Part shown: positions 53,474 through 64,000 of the stretch, in pieces | How the letters are laid out: each line of letters begins with the position of its first letter | How positions within the stretch are numbered: position 1 is the first letter of the stretch | Assembly (NCBI GenBank): GCA_964304625.1 | Contig: OZ199838.1 | Coordinates: 7,458,035 to 7,522,034, forward strand | Direction of reading: 5' to 3' | Length of the DNA stretch: 64,000 nt | DNA from: Kudoa neothunni | Lineage: Eukaryota; Animalia; Cnidaria | Position numbers and translations under genes: made by a program | The notes under the pieces: generated by a model | What the model saw: the letters and a program-made list of their open reading frames with translations, nothing else | Told to the model about the DNA's origin: nothing | The model's database searches: none

Positions 53474-54559
53474 GTTATAAAAATTGATTTATTTTGCTAT
53501 TGTAAATATTTGTGTGGAATTTTTTTTGTTATAAACCATTTTCGCGCTATGGAAAAACACATTAACGCAATAAATCCCATTATATAATATGCATTTAGGT
53601 TTACCTCTAATCTTCTAGTAGAGTTACTCAGAAACCCTATTAGCGTTCACAGATTTTTTCAAGAAGTGGAAATAATATACTAATTCAAAAGCGAACAAAT
53701 ATTTTTTATCAGCAAATTTCATGAGGAACTAGTGGAAATATAAGAGTTCCACTTTTAAAAATGCCTTACAGTAGTGCTTGGCAATTACTGCCGTTAGAAG
53801 AGCCAATTTTCATGTTAACTTTCCTTGTACTAACCTCCGAAACGAAACGCGTGTGCCTAATCGGGGTATTTCTTGACCCCAGACAAAATATGCTTTAAGC
53901 TTAATCAAGTTATCTCAATTTTATACATTGTAAACAATACACCTAGCCTAACAATTCCATAGAAAATATACAGCGGATTGCTGTTTCTGGAGTTATTTAC
54001 ATGAATTTATTCATCAGCAACATTATTGGTATAATGCTAAACTAAAAGCACAAATGTATATTTTAAACTCCTTAAACAATCAATAATGTTTATTTTCATC
54101 ATCAAATAAGATGAAAACCTAGAATGAATGAACATTTACGCGGTAAACTCCAGATACATTCATGAATGTGTAGACATTTCCCCGGTAATAGTCGATGATA
54201 TAATAAAATTTAGGATTAGTGTTATTATGAAGTGAATCTATATTCTATGAGACAACAAAATTTATAATATTTCGTTATGGTACGATGGCGTCTATTTGCA
54301 TTCCCTCGGTGCATGCGCGGAGGATTAAAGCATTATCTCTATATGTGCTTTTTCTCTTATATTGGTTGTTGCAGAAAAACACTAATAAACGAAAACGATA
54401 AATAATATTTTTTGAAAAATGAATAAAATAATAAAAATATTTGTTCTACTTTTTTGTTATCAACACAGTTTTTTAATTGTTTTAGTTTTCCTTTTATTTT
54501 AATGGAACGAAAATTGAAATCATACGAGTTGGAGTTTTTTTCATTTGGTTGATCTATGG

Positions 54560-55450
54560 AATATGTGGTTTTATTCTCGTACTGATCTTATAAGTTTTGT
54601 AGACTCTTGTAAAATTCGTTGTATTGACCACCGCCAAGTGTATTTAATTGATCCAATATATCAAGACATAATTTTTTTTTGTTTTTAAACTTTGATTTTA
54701 AATGTATATTGGTTGATAAAACATTCAAGCCGATATTTTGTGAATCAATATCGGGGAAGTTTATAATCGTTGAAATATCGTCGTCTGTTATATTGTACAC
54801 ATGATTATTATCGAGAAATATATCATTGTTTGTATAAACCATCTCCAATTGTAATATGTATTTTGCGCTAATAAAAACCCCTTTTTATCAAAAGCACAAA
54901 TAATCCGATTATCAGCCGGCTGCTGCCGGTTAAGTTGGTACGCTACACCAATGTACATAGAATCAGAAGTCAAAATTAAAGATTTTACCTTTGCAATTAA
55001 ATGTTTTCATGAGAGAGAATATTGTTGAACAAGATACAATGTAAACAAAGAACAGGTTATTTTAAATTCCTAATTGATAATGATTTCAGATTTTGAGTCT
55101 CTAATTTGAGTTTATCAACAGAAAAACTGGACAAACGATTTATTACTGCCAAAATATCAACATCATTAATGTTGTTGTTATTCATAAGAATCAGACCATT
55201 TTTTATAAATTATCACCATGGATGGATGGTCTTACAGTAATTGAGTATTGAATTGACTTGGTGAATTAACGATGACTTTGACATAAATCTTTTACCTTGT
55301 GATGCTCTTATTCAATCCTATTATTTGTATTTGAACCAAATGTCAGAGCATCGAGACGATGAACATGAGCCCAAATATCTTGAATATTAATCCAGTTTTT
55401 TCCAAATATTGAAAATAAATTGGATTTTTCGAATATAATTCATTCAAATG
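54560..55450 (-). pseudogene. MULE transposase relic
   Basis: rc gives WINIQDIWAHVHRLDALTFGSNTNNRIE*EHHKVK (MULE TNN.ES motif) and a SWIM remnant YSLS*KHLIA. Many stops. Confidence 0.65.
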
Positions 55451-56933
55451 AAGTAAAATGAGTTGGAACTTTCAGAATATATTAATTTTTTCGATAATAT
55501 TTGATAATATTTTTTAAATTATCAAGTGAACAGAATCGTTTGTTGAATAAATCGCGACTTTCTGAATTCATTACGCTCAAAACCAATAAACAGCACCAAG
55601 ATTGTTGTATTTTTTTAAATTACGCTTGAATAAGACACACACTTAAACGACATAACACCGCGTGATTATTGTTTTTATAAACAATTAATGTTATTTTCAA
55701 TAAAGGATTACATATATATATATGAGCTTTAGATGTTGCATTCTTGCATTTAGCTCCACAGTACAAAATATCACGCAATAGTAAACCAATAATAATAGGT
55801 TATCTAATTAATCTAGTTAATATAAGGTTCGTTTCTGCGCCTGAATCAGCCGCCTCTTAGTTTCTCATCAGAGGTTAGCGGCATCGCCATTAATTATCAC
55901 ATTAGAAAATAATACAACAAATATTAAATAAAATTTGAAAAACTATGTCTTATTTTATGCATAAATCTTTAGCCGATAAATTATAAATTTTATTTTCAGA
56001 TAGAAACTCACTTAATATAGGAACTTCAGAATTTTCAAAGTAAATAACCAAAAATACATAAATGTAGAAAAAAATAGTCAATTTGGGGTTTTGAAATACC
56101 CCAGTCAGTACCGGCAGGTTTAATAATAATTTTCATCTATTTTTAACAATTAGAAATGATCCTAAAGACAAAAATTTATATTTATTAGTAAAAAGTTAAT
56201 TAAACTTTTCTTCTAAATAACCCAACCTAGTTACCATTATATTGTTTAGTTCGCTTATGATTTATGCTACGATAAAACTAAAGATTCTTAATATAATAAC
56301 CTGAATACATGAGTTTTGTTTTGTGAACGAATTTTTGTTTATAATATTGTTATCGAAATATTTAGATATGACAAAAATTAGAAAACATTTTATTCTTAAA
56401 AGTCCATCTAATTCATTTATGTTTAAGTAAACTTTTAATAGTACTGCTTGCATTTTTCTCTCGTAATGATGATAAACCCTCGCCGTCTTTTTATTGTAAA
56501 AAAACTATGCTAAAATTGAGTTTCGATTATCTCTATTTTCGCTGCTCATTAATTTATAGAATCATGTAAATAAATATGTCAATTCTCTGTTAAACTTGTA
56601 AAGAGCTCAACGGAATTAGATAATCATTGTTTATTATTCAATTTATATTCTTCCGTAAAATTTCAATTATAAAAGTTGTACATGTTTCAAAAACATAAAA
56701 TCAAATAATAGCAACGAGCTTAGGGAAATGGGTTTAAGAAAATAATTTTTAACTCTACCGTTTCTCACGATCTTATACAATTTATGCATTATACTCTTAT
56801 AACCAACAAATATGAGGGGAGTAGATATTGAGACTCAAAAAGAATTCCAAATTCATGTAATAAGACCGAAACGTATACCTAGCAAAAATAATTTCCAGCT
56901 ACACTGCTTAGCTATAGTATTAATAGGAGAAAG

Positions 56934-59242
56934 TTATAGTGCCTCAAATTTGTCGATACGAGCAGCAGTGTTACCAGACCTAATGAGTTTGATGGTTTGG
57001 TGTTTGGATTTTCCACTCTTTTTGATGTCTTCGTATCGAAGATCACATTCAATTTGGGCCTTGTTCCTTTGTTTTAATAAAGTTTTTGTTGTCTAAAATG
57101 AAATAAGAAAAAAGTAGGACAAACAAATTGGAAGTGAGAGAATAATGTTGTTACATCTTGTGCCGATTTAGTGTTAACCTCAACTTTTTCTCTTTTTTGA
57201 ATAGTTTCACCTGCGGCGGCCTTGGTTTTAAGATTGTTGATTAATTGTTGATCTTCCTCATGTTTTCTCTTCAAAGCCTCAAGTTCAGCCTTAGCTCTCT
57301 CAGCTTCTGCAGCTTTTTCAGCAGCAAGTGTCAGAGCCTGAGTTTCTTTTAGCATCTAAAAATTGGCTTATAAACATTCAACCATCAGTCCAAATCTTAC
57401 AAGTTCTTCTTTTGCTTTTCTCTCATCTTCCATATCTTGCTCTACCTTCAATTGTGCTTCTCGTAACTGTCGTAATTCTTCTTCTGTCAAGTTACTTCTC
57501 ATTCGTTCCTCTTCCGCCTCTAATGCAAGTTGATCCATACGTTGTTGCATTATATCAAGTTCTTCTTGGTAGTCCTTTTCCACTAGATTAATGTTAGAAA
57601 ATTTTTTTCGACCAAATATAAATAGTACAATCTTCAACAAGAGTATCGTTGACATTTCCAACAACAGCTTGTTGTTCGATCGCGTCAAGTTTAGCTTCCA
57701 ATTCTAAAGCACGCTGTCTAGCTGCAATTTCTGCCGCCATCTTTTGTTCCTCAGCAACTTGGGCCACTTTAGCCTTCTCTCTGAATTCGATTATTTCTTC
57801 GGATACAGTTGGGCTTCTTCTTGAAAGGTACATTTCATGATTTCCGATGATGGTTCTCAATATATATTGATTGTATTGTATGTTGACCGAACGCATATGA
57901 AATTCCTATATAATTAAATATGATGATGAACTGATACTTAAATAAAATTAACAATACAGGAGCGTTTTTATCAAGTGGCTTGATTATAAATTTAGCGTTG
58001 ATATACTGTACGCTCTTGATTTCGGACCAAGACAATCCAACCTCTGGGACTAATCTACAAAAATAATAAACAAAATAAACATAAACATAGGGATCACTGA
58101 ACATAATCGTAGTTACTAATACTTGTTATCAAATTTGTAAATATTGAGACCATCACAATCAACACCAAGAAACAATTTTGATCCCTTTTTATTTCGAATA
58201 TCAAAATATCTAACTCCATACATATCCATTTCTTGGATAAGATGGAAAATATCTTTCAATGCTTCGGTTCTGAGTAAAAAAATATATTATTTCATATTAA
58301 AATTAGCAAGTGTGCATACTGAGTTAACTTGCGGTACGATTTCCACATATCATCAATGAGAACACACCACTCATCGCTTGTCATCGAATGTCTCTCCATA
58401 ACACTTTTCAATAAATGAACATGTAGTAAATATCAACAGAAACAACAATACCCTTTAGGAACTAAGTTATCAAGATATTGCCTAACCGTTTTAGTTGAAT
58501 CTTCGTTGGTACTATTGTAACCAAACGTAAACTGTAGATCCAGAGCGGAAAGGGTGACTATAGATGCAGGATCACAGTAGAGTTCTTCTGACATGATCTT
58601 TTGTCGAAGATCCTTGTAAATAGCTTTCCAAGTTTGACTTTGTATAACCTCGCTCATAATATCAATGGGATAGAATTTGACTTGAAACAGAAAACTGTAA
58701 GTGTTTTTAAGTGGCGTAAATATGTTTTGATGGGTTAGCTAATGTAGAATAATTGTGATGTGTTTTTTCACCTTATATCAACTTTATACCTTTTTTTCAT
58801 TCATTACTGAGTGAGGATTCTTTTCAGTATCTTCACCAAATAATTGAAACCACCAATATTCAAAAATTTGTACGTGAGCACAGGCCTAATTGAAAAATAA
58901 TTGTATTCAATACTTTATTAAGTTAGTAAAAAACTTTAATCAAGGCATCCTTTCCTGTGATATTTGAGGGAAATGAAAATGTGGTTCGATGATCTGGAAA
59001 CTTAACGATAACATCGATCTAAAGAACATACATGAGTTGAAATCATAAAAATAACAGAGTATCGCTCAGAACGTATGAAAAATTTCCCCTTACTATTTTT
59101 ATCACTCTTACCACTATGTTGAAACTTAATCAAACTCATAATTGGTAGCGACTACGTAGGGTATGGCCGATACTCACAAGGGTAATAAATCGCTTATTTA
59201 TAATAAAAATATTACAGTAGATTCCTTCTTGGTCTTTGTCAT
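56934..59242 (-). CDS. Ezrin/radixin/moesin (ERM) family protein, divergent, ~11 exons
   Basis: FERM motifs FQVKFYP, LYCDP, DMYGVRYFDIRNKKGSKLFLGVD, SWSEIK, KFIIKPLDK, GNHEMYLSRR, followed by a coiled coil and C-ERMAD KHQTIKLIRSGNTAARIDKFEAL*. All introns GT-AG and in frame. Confidence 0.92.
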
Positions 59243-61405
59243 TGAATAACTTGTAAACTATGGTTCAGAGAAACGGTCGATAACTAACCCACTTAGCAAT
59301 CGGCTTTTAATACTATTAATAGTGAACAATCTACTTACTTTATGTTGTCATTGTTGTATTACGTGACACGTTAAATTAAGCTTTATCTTTCTAGAAAAAT
59401 CAACCGTTTAAGAAGTTAATTCCAGGTAGTTCGTACATACATGTATTCTTTATTTGCAGGCTATGCTACAAGCTTCTAGCATGGAAAGCAAGTTAATCAT
59501 CTAATGAATTTTTATAATATCTATATAATAAAAATTTAGATTATTATCATATTTTATTGTTTAAAATTCGATAAAAACAAGGTTCAATATACAATTGATA
59601 GATAATCGGGTTAATAAATCTACACCCTTATTGATTTTGTTATAATTCAAAGTCTACGACAATACAACCTCAGTGTGATCGTACAACTATAGATTTGTAA
59701 AAAAATCGACTTCGATCTAATATCATTATGATACATTAGGTAATAATAAGATACACCTCATTTCTAAAACCTTATATTGGGATAATAATGAATGGCTCAA
59801 TAAGGAAAATAAGACACTGAATGATATAGAATTCGGATAATAATGAAAAAATTACAAACCCCTTATTATTAGCTCATGTTTCGCTAATACGAAAATTTAT
59901 AAATTGTGTCTTATTGTTTAACATAAGTTTATGGGCCAAAAATTGTTCCTTATTCAATTAAAATGATCCTATAAGATTAGTCTGAATAATATTGAAGTAA
60001 ATTAAATGTGTGATGTATTAAACTCAGAAAATCACGCATTATTATTACAACTTCGTTTAAATTAACGACCTTAATATACGGAAAAATTTAATATTCTTAT
60101 ATTGATTTAACCTCCCTAAATCAGTACTTAACATGGTTCCAGGGTTTCCATACTGGAATGAATAAATTTATATATCTTAAATAAACTTAAAATTTTCTCA
60201 ATTAGATACTACTTCACTTTCGATGTATTCTGTTTAAAAGGATAATCTTTTACCTAACGTAATATGTGAACAGTAGTCTGAAAGACGTTTCAACATCTAA
60301 AATTAGAGTCTACTTTGGCTTGAATTAACTTGGATTAATTATCATGTACGTATTGGCAGCTTCGACCTTCTAAATTTGTTACAGCTAACTAATTTTGAAA
60401 AAATGAACCCAAACAAATATTGACCAATATCAAGAAAAAATTATGTTACTTTGTCAATTGAAATAAATACATACAGTACTTTATTATAGCAAAATTCATT
60501 CGAAAAAATTAAGCTAATCTTATAGTTTTCATGAAATTATATCCGGTGAATTTGGGCCAATATACGATTAGCATCCGAGTAAATCATATTTACTATCCGC
60601 GTAACCACACAAAACCAAACATCATATTTTTTATATCCGATTATTTTAACATATGATAAATGATTTTGATTTTAGTTGAGTTTGGCAAAAATATTTGTAC
60701 TAATGGAACTTATTTAGCCCTTAATGATGACTGGTATCCAATATGCTTACCTGAACATTAAATCACCCCAATACATTTTCAATCTTACTATAATCAGTTT
60801 ATTTTAATCAAATTAAAAAATCTGTTTATTATAATTTTTCTTTTTTTTATTTTATACATTGGACTCTATTCTTAATTGGATAAAAACAAATTTGTATCTA
60901 TTTAATTGGAAAAATTTACTCTAAGTTCGGTTTAAATCAGGGGTCTCCAAAATGGTCGATAATTACGCTATGGGTCGAATGAGGGTCGATGCATGTTATA
61001 GAGACGCAACTGAATTTTATGGGCTTTCTAGGTAATGCTTTCCATCTTCCATCTTCCTACTTCCTACTTCATACTACATTATTTAATTATATTAATTGAC
61101 TCTAACCCTCGACATTCGTTTTTTATTTAAGTTAAGATCAAACGCCACTTTTCCTAATGATGTAATTCAATGTTTTTCGTTTATGTAGAGATACTTTGTA
61201 GCTCATAAAAACTAGTGAATATATTGGCTTTATTTTTCTTAAATATTAATGGTCAACAGTACTGATTGTTATTACACGTTTATAAAACAATAACGATAAT
61301 TTATAATACGTTTATAATTGACTAAGAAAGGTAAGTCTAATTTTCAAAATTGATTTGAATCGTAAATACAAAAGCTACGAAGATCTATCTCCTATCTATC
61401 TTCTT

Positions 61406-62034
61406 TCCATATATATAAAGTAGTAGTGTGTGTGTACGCACAAATCTTCTCCTTATACAGAGACTTTTTAGATTATTTGAGTTTCATATTATACTTTAAA
61501 AAATCCAAAATTCACTATAAAAATACAACGGGTTTGTCTGCTTTCTTATAAAGTGGTGAATTTGTAGTGTCAACTTTTTGTAAACAGATTAATGCTGATG
61601 ATAATAAGATTACCACAGCACGTGATTCGCTACAATGTTCAATGATATGCGTAGATAACTCTAATTTTCTGTATTTAAATACAATTGTAACTTTAACTTT
61701 ACTCTTTTTTACACTTTAAACTAAGTTAACAAGTTCTTCAACGTTCGTTGATGCGTAGGAGGGGACTCGGTGTAAACGAAGATTTATTGTTTAAATAGGG
61801 GATTAATAAGCCACACGAGTTGAAAGAACTTATGATTCCTAAATGAAAATAGTCTAATAAAGAGGAAAGTGAAGAGGAATGGGATATCAATAATTGTCTT
61901 GAATAACACTGCCGTCAAAAGAACGATAAAATAATTATAATTGACTCTTAACATAAAATGACCTTGGCCTATTCCAGGCCAAAGTCAGCGTGGTCGGGAA
62001 AGGAAACCCGAGCGAAGCGGGGTTTTTGCGCTAG
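61406..62034 (+). mobile_element. Non-autonomous Helitron followed head-to-tail by a second 5' end at 62035
   Basis: 5' TCCATATATATAAAGTAGTAGTGTGTG; 3' hairpin AAACCCGAGCGAAGCGGGGTTT then GCGCTAG. Immediately followed by CCTATATATGTAAAGTAGTAGTGT...CTTATACAGAGACTT. Confidence 0.75.
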
Positions 62035-62868
62035 CCTATATATGTAAAGTAGTAGTGTCCGTGTGTGTGTACAAATTATATTCTTATACAGAGACTTCTT
62101 TTAATTTTTTCCAAGTTGTGATACTTATAAAATTGTATTTAGTATTCGAAAAATAAAATAATTACAATATTCCTTAAATTAGTAGTTATTTTAAGATGTA
62201 TACATTTTAAGAGAAGATTAACTAGCGCAATAACCGGATTATCCGTGATTAATCTATTTACCTAATCAACAATTGGAAACTATTTATCGATATCTATTAA
62301 TTAAAAATGCGGCGTTAATAGCGCTATTATACGTATTTATTTGTAGTGTCACGGAACGTGATCTTATTGGCAGGTTTAACTCATGAATGCGAAAATTATC
62401 CTAATATAATCTTATTCGATTATAATAACGAGTGGGTTTTAGAAAACTTCCTTTATCGTGAAAGTCCTAATATATTTCATAGTAGAAAATAATTTACTAT
62501 ATCAAATTTGAATAAAATAATTTTTAATAATTATTATTTCAAGCTATAATTCCATATTGATCTAGCGCGAAAACAACCGCTCATATTCAATTAAAAAAGG
62601 AAGATAAACGTGGGCTAACTGATAGCCAGATAACATCAAATGATAAGGTTTTAATGAGTTCAGTTAAGAATATAACAAATAACTTCGAATAGCTACGATA
62701 TATTAGTTCATGTGAAAATAAGATTTTCATGTGTAATTCGCAGAGTATCATCTCTCATATGATGGAGATGATTAAATAATAAAATCAGGGCTGCGAATAA
62801 CACATTCATCAACAAGTTTAACACTTATCCTTGTGGTTTAATGGTATTGACATTTTATATTACCTTAA

Positions 62869-64000
62869 CCCTCTAAGGTTTTTGGAGTGTATTACACCCC
62901 AAAGCGACTTTAAAATAAGCATATCTCTCTTTGCAAATAACCAACCAACTGATAACTCACGTTATTCTTGTATAAACGTCTATAATATAGGATAAAATAT
63001 GAAAATAAAAAATTTATTGAATATATACATTTTTATCGGAAGATTATCTTCTAAGGTTTTTGGGGTGAATTTAACACCAGATTTTTTTGTGTTTAAAAAA
63101 CAAGTATATTATTTTAAACATAAATTAAAAGTTTTGGTTGTTTTAAACGGGTAGATGATTACGAAAATCATGATTGAAATTGAAGTATTTTGTGTGCGCG
63201 TGCGTGAGCCGGGTTGTTGAGCATTTAGCATGGGTGATTTCGGCGACTTCAATGATGAATGTGGTTCATATGATAACGAATATGACGATTTTATTATCGA
63301 AGATTTTGAAACCGATGAAGAGAGTATTGGAGAGGATATTGTCCATAGTAATATTTTAATAAGTAAAAGCGATATCACATGGAGCGATACAAAGCCACCT
63401 GCGACAAAAACCATCGCCGCAAACAGTATGGAATCTGCACCTGGTCCTACTTCGTATGCATTTTTTAAGATAAAAACAATTGTCGACTGTTTTTTGCTAT
63501 TTTTCAATGATTAAGTATGCTCAACAATAATAAAATACATCAACGCGTTTGGCACAAAACATTTCAAAGAAGAGTGGTTTGAAGTAGACATTGTTGAATT
63601 TAAAGGTTACTTAGGCCTCCTTATACTGATAGGAACGCATAAAGATCGACAAGAGCTTTTATGTGAACTTTTCAGTGTCAAAGAAGGCAAAGAAATATGG
63701 CTTGAAATTTTTCATGTTGGCTGATCCGATCTCGAACTATATCTTGAATATCAGTATCTATTTGGGAAAGAACAATTCCGACAACACGAGACAATGTGAC
63801 TTTGGTGAAAGCATAATTCTCTCTTGGTCAATCCCTCTTTTTTATTCTGGCCGAAAGGTGTTGGCTGACAATTTTTTTTCGTCATTTTCGCTCGTCGAAA
63901 AATTAATGAATAAAAATCGAAGGCTGTCATTCTTTTGACAAGTGGCATTACAGACGACTCTGTATCGGATAAAGAGTTTAAATTCAAACCCAACGTCATA
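62869..64000 (+). mobile_element. piggyBac transposon 5' part, decayed transposase (runs off window)
   Basis: TTAA|CCCTCTAAGG, subterminal repeat CTAAGGTTTTTGG(A/G)GTG, acidic N-terminus, KKYGLKFFMLADPISNYILNISIYLGK, GRKVLADNFFSS. Confidence 0.88.

Noticed and set aside
53720-53757. SECIS candidate (ATGA-GGAACT...AAA...AGTTCC) to explain TGA 51830
   Set aside because: Lacks the 3' GA of the kink-turn quartet and the helix length is wrong.
55826-55888. Hammerhead or twister ribozyme (CTGATGA...GAAAC on minus)
   Set aside because: No stem II/III pairing and no UH cleavage triplet; twister core absent.
1-64000. CRISPR arrays, rRNA, operon-like prokaryotic systems, alternative genetic code
   Set aside because: No repeat-spacer arrays or rRNA seen. 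Genes are spliceosomal-intron eukaryotic and translate sensibly with the standard code, using TAA, TAG and TGA as stops.

Overview
AT-rich (~30% GC by eye) animal genomic DNA with very short GT-AG introns (mostly ~40-60 nt) and divergent proteins. This suggests a fast-evolving, compact-gene invertebrate; the taxon cannot be fixed from the sequence. Eight spliced host genes can be built by hand: a MINDY-1/2 deubiquitinase, an adjacent MINDY paralogue lacking catalytic residues, an orphan S/T-rich gene, CPEB1/Orb, cyclin T, DHX8/PRP22, an uncharacterised gene and an ERM protein. The intergenic space is packed with transposons: Ty3/gypsy, pogo/Tigger, piggyBac, Mutator/MULE, Merlin, hAT and Kolobok-like MITEs, non-autonomous Helitrons, tRNA-derived SINEs and a ~1 kb foldback element. 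Most interesting: (1) the tandem active/pseudo MINDY pair, each ending in a 15-nt exon that encodes only a CaaX box; (2) single +1 homopolymer frameshifts in otherwise intact DHX8 and MINDY; (3) a long hairpin filling the oversized first ERM intron; (4) perfectly identical outer TIR arms on decayed elements; (5) a possible five-level TE nest. All gene models and family calls come from manual translation and recalled motifs, not database searches.
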